A stretch of DNA of 42,416 nucleotides, from NCBI GenBank assembly GCA_050230475.1, contig JBFLGF010000224.1, positions 1-42,416 on the forward strand. The letters are read 5' to 3'. The notes under the pieces were generated by a model. The model ran no database searches, had not been told where the DNA came from, and was given only the letters and a program-made list of their open reading frames with translations. Below are positions 1 to 17,417 of the stretch, piece by piece; the first letter of the stretch is position 1, and each line of letters starts with the position of its first letter. The position numbers and the translations under genes are program-made. This stretch comes from Ancylonema sp. (taxonomy: Eukaryota).

Positions 1-219
1 AAACATGCCATAATTTTCACTTTCGAACTAATCCGGGGCTCAAGTGAAAATCGAAACCGGGCGCAAGTCACTTAAGCCCGTATTAAGCCCGCCATAAGAT
101 ACGCTCTTACAAGCACGTTCTCGTACTGAGATGGGGTTCTTGTCGTTTTTCAATAATATACAATTATCAGAATAAATACTTTATTTTTGCCAACAAACAT
201 TCTTCTGTGGTAATGGGAC

Positions 220-556
220 CACAGTTGCTCGACACGCGTCACATGTCGCGTGTTGTCCGTGAGAGACATGCGACATTTCGCATGTCCCCAACGTGTCGGT
301 TCATCGACACGTTGTACAGACCAATGTACGGATTTCAGACCGTAAAGCATAAAATGTTCTTTTCGATGTGAAAAAACATTTATCAATCAATAGTTCCCAG
401 AAAAAATCGTTAAACAAGCGTTTTTTTTTCAACTATTTTTTAATTTCCTCTCTATATATGACGACAGGATGAGGACGTGTCGTGTGGTGACTTGTCGGAA
501 CGTGTCTGTTACGGACACGCTTGACGGAGAGGGTATGGGGACGTGTCGTGCAACTA
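220..556. mobile_element. Non-autonomous TIR element (MITE), CA(T/C)AGTTGC.CGACACG family
   Basis: Left end CACAGTTGCTCGACACG (220-236) and right end CGTGTCGTGCAACTA (542-556) are near-perfect inverted repeats. The 9-mer TAATGGGAC flanks both sides (211-219, 557-565). The internal sequence aligns by eye with 10485-10689. Confidence 0.7.
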
Positions 557-565
557 TAATGGGAC

Positions 566-692
566 ACAAGTTGTATCATATCGAATACCGATATGCATAT
601 CACGGCAAGCTTAAAAACGCATGACACATCGAGCCGAATCGCTGTATCGGATACGGCGTATTGGAGGGTCTAGGTGTCGTATCGTGCAATTA
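566..692. mobile_element. Shorter degenerate relative of the same MITE, directly adjacent
   Basis: Begins ACAAGTTGTATC and ends CGTATCGTGCAATTA, followed by TAATGAGAG (693-701), a 7/9 match to the TAATGGGAC direct repeat. Confidence 0.4.
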
Positions 693-2158
693 TAATGAGA
701 GGATTGAGTGTGGATTATTGTAAGACGAAAATAACCCCATCTTCATAAGCAAATCGATGAAATCGGATCATCAAAGATATCCGAACGTACTCCAACTAGT
801 ATCAATATTTGACTCCGCGGAAGAAAGTTTAACCAGCGGTGGAGGGGGAGGTAACAAAGCCATAGGTTGCTACAAACTTAAAGTTCGTGCATATATGGCA
901 CGTGCTAACAACCATAGCAATGCAATCGACACTATCTGATGGAACCATGTGGACGGCAAGTTGATATAGGGGCCCAAACCTCCACACTCTCCTCCTGTAC
1001 GATTGACAGAAAAATGACGTTCCATGTCCCGTACTTTTGGCGCGATAGTGGACCCGCTACATGCATTATCAGCCATGCTGGGCTGTTATGCTTTTCCCCC
1101 AAATGCAAATCAAGTCAATCTTGATTGCACATTTCCCTTGCTGCAATTAGCTTGCTGGTGCTAATAAGACTTCACCCATGGAATCACTCACAAAGAATAC
1201 ATAAAACCACTCTAATGTGCACCGAGTTATTGTTGTTACGTGCTAAATGTCCAGACTTAGCATGTCCAACGTCTTCCTCTCTAAAGGTTGTTATGCCCTT
1301 TTTATGATCAGAAAGTTTGACCACATACTGGTCAACTTGCCAAGTGTCATCTAAACCGTCATGCACATATGAATGACTTCCTAACTTCTAGGACTTGTCA
1401 CATGTACACTCCATCGTATTCCGCCACTCAACCTAATAATGCACTCGGTCAAAGAATTTAACCGACATCAGATACAACGAATGCTCAAGGACCCGTCCGA
1501 GCTAAATGATTTCTCTTCGTAACCAGAGTCTATCCATCTCGCTCTAATTATATTATTGATCGCCTTATGCTACCCCACATCGCATCTGTTTTGTTTTTCA
1601 TTCCATTTTGGAAAATGGATGCAAATGAGGGATGTTTCATTATACAATTTTATCACAATGAAAAATGTCCCCCAATCGATCAAGTCCATGCCCTCGCGTA
1701 CATGCCATTACCCACTTCCGAGTTATGGGACTTTGATGATTCTACGATATTTCAAGTAACGATGAAGAAATGTTCGTTGACGGTATGTTATTGCGGGTAG
1801 GAAGCCGAAGACACGAAGAACCCAACAGATGACGAGATGTCGATCTAGGCTGGAAAAGTCCGACCCGCAAGTGTACATCAAGTGTTGTGGAATATGTGAG
1901 GGTGCACATTGATACATATGCTGCATGACAACACAACATTTGTTGCTCATAGCTGCATGCCTGGTCCAAATTATCGTATCCTTCGAATGTATTATCATGG
2001 AATCGCTTCCCCTTCATCATATCTCAGGGGTCACAGATGCACAATCGACAAAAAATGTATCAATCCACACATTATGCTCAACTAGACAAGACAGCTGCCA
2101 AAGTCCTTCAACAACACAACTTTGAAGAGAAACCACGCAAGGACTTCAAAACCTACTC

Positions 2159-3883
2159 TCAACTTCCACCCCCCATTCCAGGATTCAATCCCAGCAACAT
2201 GTTGTTTCCTGATGGAAGGTAGACAACGTTCCGGCTCTTTGCGAGCGTGCCGGCAATTTCTCGCGCCGCCTCAATCCTCCGCAACTCTATCAACGCGTTC
2301 CCCACTGTCGATGTGGCCTCAGAAATCTGCGAACAGAACAGGTGGCAGTAAAACAACAGCGTGAATTCCGTCAACTGCACCTGCCTCTCTTTCACCCACC
2401 CTCCTTACCAATCTTGCGGCTTCACTCTCTCCCTCTGCTCTCACAATGGCTGCTCTCCTCTCCTGCTCCGCTTTCATGACCACAAACTTAGATCTCTCTG
2501 CTTCCTGTTGAGCTGCATATCACAAACGCAGACCCTTGTGTGAGCATACTCAGTGTGAGAGGGAAAGCGTAGCGGTGCCTCGCCACTTACCGACTTGCTT
2601 CTGCTCAACAGCCCGCGAGAACTCGGAACCATAAGACAGGTGCGTCTGCAACAACAACGCCATGCCACGTTCAGTCTCCACGAGAAAAACGCACAATCTT
2701 CTGCTGGCACTGCTCCCTCTTACCAACGCCACGTCATCGAGAACAAGGTTGAAGTCCTTCAGTCGACTGGTCAAGGCATCCCTCACCATCTTGGACACCT
2801 GCGACCATCCGTGCATGGGTTGTCGAAACATGAATATCGCATTTCAGACACCGACAGTGCACTTGCTCCACTCACATAGGGTCGCTCTGTGAGCAGCTGG
2901 TCAGCGTTGAACTGGGCCTGAAATCCAGTCCACCCCAGCAAGCCCATATGCTTTTGCTCGCCAAGTATCTGTAAACTCCTAAGTCCACCCCCCAGCTTCT
3001 TACCACTACAGCCTTGAGAACCTCATTCCCAATGGATGGCAGAACGCGCTCATCGTAGTCCAACCCCAGAGTTTTGAAGATGGTGGGAAGGGTTTCCTGG
3101 TCCGGCTTTGAGAGCACACGGAGAGTGAGGTTTACCATCTGAAGGTCTGCACCCAAATCACATACATCGGCAAAAGAGCGGGACTACATGGGACATCACG
3201 AACAGCCTGATTACCCCGAATTGATGTCCATGTGACGTTTGTAAGTGCTTACCCCTATGGCCCTCCCTGTAACTTCTATCCCGTGCCTTTGAAACTTTTT
3301 GCACTTTTGCAGATGTGACTTCTAAAAGTACAAAGGCAAACCGGCTTACAGCATGCAGAGTTAGCCCGACTCTGCATCTCCGGAAGACAGACGACACAAA
3401 GGTTGTGCCAGTATTACTTTACACCGTTCTGCCAGCAGACCTCTCAGGTACCCTATCGTTCTGTGATTCAGGGTAGCTAGACTTCTAACAAGACCCCATA
3501 CCTTTCGTTCCCGTAACAGATGTGATTGAACGGGGCCTCGTCCGCACGTCAAAGATGTACGGAGTTTGTATCCACGGGATAATAAAGTGCGTGCCTTCTC
3601 CAGCAGTCTTATCTAGCACTCCACGGAAGCGGTCAAATATGACTGCTAGGTGCCCACCATCCACTGCAATCCCCAATTTTAAAAAATCAATCTCCGCTCG
3701 ATTCAACGGTATGAAATTCCATCGCCACAAAGTGTTCATCGATCAACCAGGAGTGCAGACTGTCATTCGCAGTAGCTTGATGCTCTTGCCTGTAAAAAGT
3801 GATGCATTCAAAACACTGCCCCCCAGGCCTAGTGTGATCGCCAGCCGGGCGACATTCGTCAGAATACCCGCGGCTTGACTCAT
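2159..3883 (-). CDS. PHB: Prohibitin (PHB1-type, plant PHB3/4-like), 8 exons, 280 aa
   Basis: Exons 3883-3790, 3663-3502, 3146-3004, 2917-2876, 2798-2724, 2645-2591, 2512-2409 and 2326-2159 splice in phase. SPFH motifs: [106 protein letters not shown]. Intron 1 is GC-AG. Confidence 0.96.
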
Positions 3884-4138
3884 GGCAAATCACGGATGAT
3901 TCACCTTTCTACTGCACAACAAATTCCTATATCGGACTGGTGGAGGGTGCCTATCCTCCCCTTGATGTGTATGTGATTGAGCCGGTAGGGGTTTTGTTAC
4001 GGGAAGTAATGGCCAAAGGTAGCGGATTAGTATCGTGAAAAGGGGGTATCGGGCAATACTCGTTGTAGGAATTCCGGTACCCATGCCAGGCAGGTTCAGA
4101 CGTTCTAGCCTAGCATGGGCAGAATCCAAACCCACTTT

Positions 4139-4455
4139 GGACTGGGCGGTCTTCGACTGGGGGATGGCAGACTGCGTAGACTGGATAATTTTGGTCCAGT
4201 CTAGACTGGAGAATTAGACCGGGCACCTGCCAAATCCGACTGAGTAGACTGGGAATAGACCGGGTGTGGACTGTTAAAAATGGAAAACTTGGGAAAAACC
4301 CCTTAAAAACTGAAAACTTCTACCTACCAAAAAAATACTTCTACCCCAAAAAAACCCAAAAAAACGTTTCCAGTCAGTCTAGACAGGATATAACACGTGC
4401 GAATTATACTGGTCACTCGCAGTATATGACTGGGTGGACTGAAATTAGACTAGAC
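4139..4455. repeat. Cluster of GACTGG/CCAGTC motifs with a 16-bp palindrome, upstream of prohibitin
   Basis: Many (A)GACTGG/GACCGG copies; perfect palindrome TCCAGTCTAGACTGGA at 4195-4210. Confidence 0.55.
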
Positions 4456-4592
4456 ATGTGTGAATAAGCATGTGGAACGTGGATCATCCCCGGGCAAAGA
4501 CCTATGAATGCAACACGTGCTCACCGTAACAGAGCGTGTCAGTGTACGTGTGAAAATCGCGGCACAAATGAAAAACGGAGCGAGGCGCAGGA

Positions 4593-5647
4593 ATGGCGCA
4601 TCTATTTCATGTCGCCAATGAGAAAGTTAGGGAAACAAGAGGGTGCCGGTAACGATAAGTGTACCGAGTTTGGCGTCTGGTAGCAAATCATCGATCGAGT
4701 GTTGGCAACGAACGGTATATGGCGTGCGATACAAGCGAGCTGCAGGTATGAAGGCGTTCTTTGCGCCATGTGTGCTTGGGGACGAGCGGCTTTAACGCCT
4801 GGGACGTCATAGACAAAGCCAGGACGACTTTTGCTGGTGAGAGCCCTTAGCAGACCGAGTTCTTCTGGTTGTCTTCAACTGCACGCATGCGACCGAGGCC
4901 TGGTGCCCCTGCCACACTATACTAGCTGATAAACATTATATACGCTTCAAGCTGTGTTATAGAGGATGTGCTACTTGAACATGTATGAGTAGAAATCGTC
5001 TTTCGCTCAATTTAACTATCGTAATTGATGTCTGAAAAGCTACCTGAAAAGCTCTGCTTTCCACTGCTTGACCTCGTCTTGATGCAAAGCTGCAGCAGTT
5101 TTATCATCGGTTCTGTAGTGCCTTTTGGCAGAGCTGTCCCTGTCTGAATAAGACATGCTTGCCCCTTTTTGTTCTTGTGTGTTATGCTTAATCGGTTCAC
5201 ATCGTGTGCAGGAGATGAAAACGCTCGGAAGGTTTTTCACAGGCGGTCCTGGCCCACATATTTTCCACGTGGCCCTCCGTCCAGAGTTTTTGCTCGAACA
5301 TACAACTTTCTGCTGAACATTGCCTCTGATTGTGTACGATGTCACGTTGTAGTACGTTATTGCTGAACCTGTGCAGTCATGATTGTGGGGCAGATCTCGC
5401 TTGGTATTTGGAAGCAGTCATCCCTGCGGACTATGTGGCAGAGGTGGTGACATCAGTAGAACCCTTCGTCACTGTCGCTGGCTTGTTTTCGATGGCGGAA
5501 GAGGATTACCTTCAACTTGTGATGATGCTCGAAAAAAAGTTGACTTGTAACGCAAGGTTTTTATATCGCTATCTGCAGGCTGCCAGGCGCATTCACGATA
5601 ATTTGAAAACTTGTGGCAACCCTTCAAAGTCCTACGGCACTGAATAA
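4593..5647 (+). pseudogene. Possible decayed spliced gene or lncRNA of unknown family, divergent from prohibitin
   Basis: Exon-like segments 4593-4648 (GTAACG donor), 4746-4836 (TGCAG acceptor, GTGAGA donor), 5212-5299 (TGCAG acceptor, ATACAA in place of a donor) and 5377-5647 (GCTGAAC...TGCAG acceptor, 89 open codons to TAA). No reading frame is intact throughout. Confidence 0.3.
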
Positions 5648-7520
5648 ACGTTTACACAGAGCAACGCTCACTTCTGATGGAAGGATGTACCAATTGTCCT
5701 GAGTGGAAGGAAGTGACAGTCGCTTGTTATCTTGCCTATCTATGGCTTGTTTACCCATGCATAGGCTAAAACACGAGTATCGTTTGCTTGTTAGGTGATG
5801 GGGCTGGCACTACACAAGTAGCAGCGTCCACTATACAAGTAAGACTCCCTACATGGCCACTTTTTCAAAGGCAATTTGTGCATGTTTGATGGTGAGTCGA
5901 GTGACCTGAGCCCCTATGTGTGTTTGGCCCGAAAAGCACGAGTCGGTATTCATTCGCACCTTTGTTCTCATCTCAGATGTTGTTACCCATACTCCTATTA
6001 GAATGTCTACATCTCTCGCTACACATTGAAATGAAGACATTGCTTATCGATTATCGGCATTGCTTACCAATACAATCCACGCACCACTGCAATATAAAAA
6101 GGATGATTGTGAGGAAGGGTTAAGGGCATTTGTGTCGCGCAAGTGTCACTTCTAGAACGCTGCGTGATTGAAGTTCGTATTGGCCTTCGAGATTGGCCAG
6201 AACCTTTTTGGGCTCCATTCAGTCGCGGTCATGGCCAAATGTGAACTTCATAGAGCTCAATGTGCACAGATTGTGTGTATAAGTCGATGAAGGGGAGTGT
6301 GTTTGGAAGATCTTCGAATGGCAGCAGTTGCATCCTAGACTCCCATTGCTCTCCCCCATTTTTTGCCCATATACAGACGCTTCCACAAGTGTTTCACATG
6401 AACACATGTAAAACACGTCGACTTGTTGGTTGATGTGGTTTAAATTGATGTTCTCATGTGATATGTGTGAGCATCAAATGAATGTAGAAAATGCGAGTGG
6501 AGCGGTGAGTTTGCTAGAGAGCTAGCGATCGTTTTTTTAATCTCCTCGAGTTTTCTCTTCTTTTGGAAGGAACGCTTCTCATCCTAAACACCAAACACCG
6601 ACCCCGCCAAAGATCTAATCACTTTATGGCGCGTGGCATGATGATAATTTTTTTTTATTTTTTTTTTATTTAAATATTTTGTACGTGACCCATCAAGCTT
6701 TATTATGAACTTTGAACATCTTCGGATACCCTCCCAAAATTGGCGGTACGAATCTTGACCTTGTCTTTTAGAAATCAAAAACTAATGATAAGATTTGGGA
6801 AGGAAGTTTGGGGTTTCGGGGACGAACAAGGGACCCGACTCGATATATGTGTATAGATGTGTATATATGTGTAGAGTAGAGGAGTAGCGAATTTGGGGTG
6901 TTTGCATCTTGGCGTGAGCTCTATGGAACCAGATTAAGGTTGGGGGCAAAGCGCTTGTATGCACGCCTAGAGTTCCGCAGCATTAACTACAGGATGATGA
7001 GAGAGGGAGTTCACAATTTTAGATAAGGGTCTTAGAGTGGATGCACGGACGTCAAGTGATTCGTGATAACGTGAATTTTGCGCTTCTCCGACTCCTCATG
7101 TTCGCGCTTTCGTTCGTATCCAACAAAAAATTACGTCGATGGCTGGATGCGATTAAGAGGCAGGGAGGACAAGAAAGCCTTCGCACCAAAGAGCATCTGG
7201 GATGGAGTGCCTATCTGTGCGGAGGCGTGAGGGAAAGCTTGAAGCATCAGGGATTCGCGACAAAGCAGTTGGGACAACGGATGATAAAGTTGGTATTATG
7301 ATTTGTGTTGCGAACATGATCAGTTGCGTAGTCTTCGAGAGGAGGCAAAGGCACAAAAAAAATCACATCGTAGAAGACGAAAAAATATTCCGAATCTGCC
7401 ACAGTCATGTGTCGCGTTCTGCGATTCAACCATGGCCGATCAGACCAATACAAATGCAAGTAAAAACGTGCCAGAGTGACATCATTTTCATCCGTCAGAG
7501 TTTCTAGGGATATACCAAAT

Positions 7521-8719
7521 ACTATACCCAACGTTGCAATAGGGAAAACACCGTCGACATAGTAAATATCTAGATTCTACTTTTCACTGCCTGAAAATAT
7601 CTAGATTCTACTTTTCACTGCCTGAAAAGTTAATTCTTTCATATCTAAAACCAACTGGTAACTTCGAAAAACGTCATGCGGCACGAGTAGGCAAACAAAC
7701 TCAATTTCAATCCCACAATCAATCTATAGTCCTGATGGTACACGGCGATATGGGCCGTAGTCAGTGTATCCAGTGCATCTTTGAAAAGACCGTTCTACTC
7801 CCGATTGCGATGCTGCGAAGACATGAGAATCCTCCCCGATCAAATTGGCGACTTTGCGAGCCGTGGTAGCCTTGCCGACTGTCGCGTCGTACCCCTGTAG
7901 ATCTACGGCTGCAGCCATGGTGTCGTGAAGACGACCTGGACCGTGATAGGGCGGTCCTCCTTGTATATCTTCTCATTAATGCTTGATGACCACAGCAATA
8001 GCCCCCCTACGGCGGTAGCAGGTGCTAGGTACAGCTCCCCCGTACTGATGAGTTCTTCCGATTTGAGGTGAGCGATCATGACTTTGATCGTGAAGGCTGT
8101 TCCAAAACCCGCCACAACTTGATCAAGTTGTGGCGAATTTTGCGACAATTTTCACGATCAAAGTCATCGCTTACCTGAAATCGAAAGAACTAATATGTAT
8201 GGGGCAGTTGTACCTGGCAGTTGCTACCGTTGGAGGGGGGCTATTGTTGTGGTCAATGAGCATTATTGGGAAGATCTACAAGGAGGACCGCCCTATCGCA
8301 ATTGCATATCTTTGCAGCACAATGGTTGCATCTGCAGATTTGTAGGGGTACATGACGAGCGTCGACATGGCTACCACATCTAACGATGTTGTCGTTTTGA
8401 TTGCGGAGGCTGGACGTGTACTCGCGATAATGGAATCGAGAGTAGAATGGACTCTTCGAAAGATGCGCCGGCTCCACTCAGCCTATTTCGCCATGTATTG
8501 TCAGGACTATACATTGATAGTGGGATTGAGATGGAGGGTAGTTGTCGACTCGTGCCGCATAGCATTTTTTCGCGGTTGGCAACAAGTTTTAGACATGAAA
8601 GAATTGAGTTTTCAGGTAGTGGAAAGTAGACTTTTTAGCTAGCGAATATTGACAATTATGATGTCGACAGTATTTTCCTCTTTGTAATGATAGATAAAAA
8701 TTGCGATGATGGGTATTGT
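7521..8719. repeat. Long diverged inverted repeat (arms ~7521-8094 and ~8151-8719, ~56-bp spacer) carrying a decayed ORF in each arm
   Basis: Both arms start TTCACGATCAAAGTCAT and translate outward to homologous peptides (FTIKV..LKS.ELI..G.LYLA.AT.GG.LLLWS.SI..KIYKEDRPI). Nucleotide similarity continues to TTTTCAGG.AGTG.AAAGTAGA and ATGTCGAC.GT.TTTTCC. Confidence 0.9.
7564..7625. repeat. 31-bp perfect tandem duplication
   Basis: AAATATCTAGATTCTACTTTTCACTGCCTGA x2, inside the left arm of the inverted repeat. Confidence 0.95.
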
Positions 8720-9303
8720 CGTACTGTCTAACATCGTATGTACATACACACGTGTAATACACTGGTACAACAAACACACACACGTGCTATTACACTAAAA
8801 AACAATTCACACGTGTGAACACATCATACACAACACTCGCCTGACACGTGCGATCCCGCACGTGTTGTACAATGCCTTACACACATGCGTCCTATGACAT
8901 GTGTGCATTACACAACTCTCACTGATTCGTCTACATTAAGCACTATCAGGTTCTTCTGTACAACTCCCAAATCTCAACTGTTTCATGTGCGAGATGGTTC
9001 TGACCCCCCCTAAAGTGAAAGTAAACACTGTGTCTTGAACCTTGTAGTTCGCGCACATGCTCCTCCCTTGCAGAATGCAGCGCATATCACGCAGGTGGAA
9101 CTACCCACCCAAAACATGTGTACACATGAGTTGTAAGGGCGCAATAGAATATGAGCTGGTAATGGTTATGGACTGGTGAACTGGTGGATCTGGACTGGAA
9201 CCCTATCTAATTTAGACTTGTCCACCATTTTGTTGTAAGGTCTCCGATCTCCTGGGAAATAAGACTGGGACCCGTGCTATTATAGCCATCAACATGTGAC
9301 CAG

Positions 9304-9795
9304 TAAGGTTGTGAATACTATGTCATCGGGTGTAATAATTATAGTACGTTTTATGGCGTGGAACGCAAAATCAAGTTAAAATCGGAAACCGAGCTTAAAA
9401 TCATGGAAACGTAAAATCTACGTGAGATTAAGGTGTGTTCAAGTAAAATTTACAAAGGCGTAAGCCGCAAAAGAAAGGCAAAACTTGCGACGTCCAGCGG
9501 CTAAAATAACTACTTAAGCGACATGCATACATAAATATTCTGGTGGTGTCCAACCTTACTTACTGTGCATGTTCAAAACAATATACAACATGATATTGTG
9601 CTTTTTATTCTTTTTTGTTCACAAAATATTCATAAACAATGAAGGAATTTTACGCAATTACGAAATCAAAGATTTCGGCTATGGCATTACATAATGTAGG
9701 TTTTGGATAATTTGACGTAAATTTTACGGAATTAGTGCATAAGAATACGTCACTGCAAAGTATTGCGAAACGTAAATGTAACGTTCACAACCCTA
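9304..9795. mobile_element. hAT-like MITE, (T/C)AGGGTTGTGAA family
   Basis: Ends TAAGGTTGTGAA and TTCACAACCCTA are inverted repeats. Flanks GTGACCAG and (A)ATGACCAC resemble a decayed 8-bp TSD. The right end AAACGTAAA...ACGTTCACAACCCTA is shared with 18546-18572. Confidence 0.6.
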
Positions 9796-9892
9796 AATGA
9801 CCACTCGTCATGTAGGTTGGCCCAACTCGCATGAAATGCATCAGATTTGGATGGGAGGGTGCCCCCCACCGCATAAACCCCGGCCAACTACT

Positions 9893-9964
9893 AGGGGGGG
9901 GTCAAGCTGCGGTGGGGGGGGACACCCGTAGGTGGAGGGGTCGAGCCGTGGGTGGGTGGGTGGG
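9893..9964 (+). repeat. Intergenic G-run cluster (G-quadruplex-forming potential)
   Basis: Several G runs of 3-8 nt, ending in (GGGT)3GGG. Confidence 0.6.
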
Positions 9965-10484
9965 AATCGGATGTCTACGGTCCTTGAAATTTCCATCTCG
10001 CATTGGTGGTACAATTATTTTTTCGTCATATGCACACCTTCGGGAATCGAGATTTTCCTCTAGTGTGTGTGTGTTAGTGTCATGATGATTACGGTGATGA
10101 TAGATGACCAATTGATGTCCACTAATAATATTTTGCTTTACTATGGATCGACTCTTTTGTGCTATCTAGCATCGTGTCCCTTACACACGTGCAATGTCAT
10201 CGATCCAACGAACACCACCGCCACATGTCTCCCACATGTGCAAATTGCCGGCTACAACGAATCATATACACAAGTGTTCACTCACACGAGTTCCGATATA
10301 TCCGGCACACCCACATTCCTTTACATGCGATGCGCCTATCGGGCATCTAATTGACAACATGGCCTCCGTCATCACATACTGGCACTCATATTCTGCCACT
10401 CTCTGATATCATGTGCTCAATGAATCTAATCAAGAAATCCCCAAGTCAAGGTAATGGAAGGGCTTGAACGTCAGTATGTGCGAC

Positions 10485-10689
10485 CATAGTTGCACGACAC
10501 GCTATCACATGTAGTGTGTCATCCACTCTAGACACGCGACGGTTCGTATGTCCCCAACGCGTCGGTTTAATGACACAATGTTTATATATATTTTATGCAA
10601 TGCCCCCCCCCCTCCCAATAGAACGACAAGATGAGGACGTGCCGAAGAGTGCCGGAACGTTTCCGTTGCACACGTGTTGTGCAACTATG
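10485..10689. mobile_element. Second, internally shorter copy of the CATAGTTGCACGACACG MITE
   Basis: 17-bp TIRs CATAGTTGCACGACACG / CGTGTTGTGCAACTATG with one mismatch. Internal blocks ATGTCCCCAACG.GTCGGTT and ACGACA.GATGAGGACGTG match 220-556. Confidence 0.75.
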
Positions 10690-10985
10690 TCCACGACTAT
10701 GGAGGTATGTGAACTATTGTTTTCGTCCAATCGCCAAATACAACGATGAGGAGCTCATTGGAATCGTAATCACATATTGACGTACTAGCCTCAAGCAAGC
10801 AACATGATCGCAACGCAAAGGGGATGCAAGTGAACGTATCAGACACCACTTGGGTACACGACAAGGTCGCAGTGCGGAATCAGGAGTGTTGTATAGCCCG
10901 CAACTAGGGCTTAAGGCACCAAGCAACGCTAACTTGCAACGACCGACGTTTGTATTTTGACCAATTATTCACACACGCATGTAGC

Positions 10986-11051
10986 ACCGAAGCACGGACT
11001 CGATCCACGGCCACTAATATTTAATCGTGTTGACCATTAATGTACTTCGCC
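10986..11051 (-). other. Degenerate tRNA-like sequence (tRNA pseudogene or SINE head)
   Basis: Minus strand GGCGAAG-TA..AATGGTCAACAC...CGTGG-ATCGAGT-CCGTG-CTTCGGT: acceptor-like stem (6/7 pairs), T-arm with B-box-like GGATCGAGTCC, and no intact anticodon arm. Confidence 0.3.
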
Positions 11052-11954
11052 GCCATAGTAAGATATATGTGATGCGTTACGATATAACAAATGTAAACGC
11101 CAATGTCTCACTTGTCATGACGTCTATAATTCAACAGATTAGTCCATAATATACACACACAGTTTGAACCGAAAGAATGAAACATCGAAACACTCTTTCG
11201 GATTATGTCCGAAACAATTCTTGCCACGAATTTTGAAGAAGAAGTTTTACTGCTATGCGATTGCGTAGGCGGGTCAAACGAATGATGAAATTCCTAGGTT
11301 TCGCAGGAAGCTGTCAAAGGAAAGGTATCTGAAGTACAGGAAAGAAGGGGTTTTCCATTAATTCAGCCCTCGACGCGATAAAAATACATGTTTGCACGAT
11401 AGAAACGCCACACTTAACGCGTGTCCTTTGCATTCAGCAACAAACTTGGACGATAATTTGTGTGCCTCATATAAGCACCCGAGGAAAGCAGCAAATGCAA
11501 TTGAGGCATGTTCTTGTACCAAGGAAGAGTTCCTGACGTCTTTAAAATAATTAGAGTTCTTCATGACGGCCGAAATGTGTATACGCCAATTGTCCCGAGG
11601 TTTTTATGTTGCGGTTGACAGTTGGGCCGATTGGGGGGGTGGGGGGGGGCTTCCGAAATGTCAATCTCGCAGATTGGCAGCATATTTTCAGCTGCCCATC
11701 GTTGAACGGGCAGTTCCGAAATGTCTACTTGCCGTATTTTGAAAGAAAGTTTGGGACGAGAGAGTCCCAAACTTACCTGATACCAGCGCACCGTCCAGCA
11801 TCACAGAATCTCTTTCACAATTGGTCATCTTTCTTGTCTCATCTTTGCCACGTGGGTGCTTGCTGCGTCCCAGCTAGACAACGAAAATGAATGCGACCGC
11901 TTCCATGGTTGTACTGAAGCCCTCCTGCAACTCCTCCCTTAACCTACACAAGTT

Positions 11955-17417
<5,463 letters not shown>

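Noticed and set aside
3644..3652. Prohibitin GGHLAV instead of the usual GG(H/E)RAV
   Set aside because: A single-base difference (CTA vs CGA) that cannot be distinguished from polymorphism or sequencing error.
8343..8345. RIP-like CpA-to-TpA mutation of duplicated DNA
   Set aside because: Nonsense codons arising by transition can only come from CAA, CAG, CGA or TGG, so three examples carry no information about sequence context.
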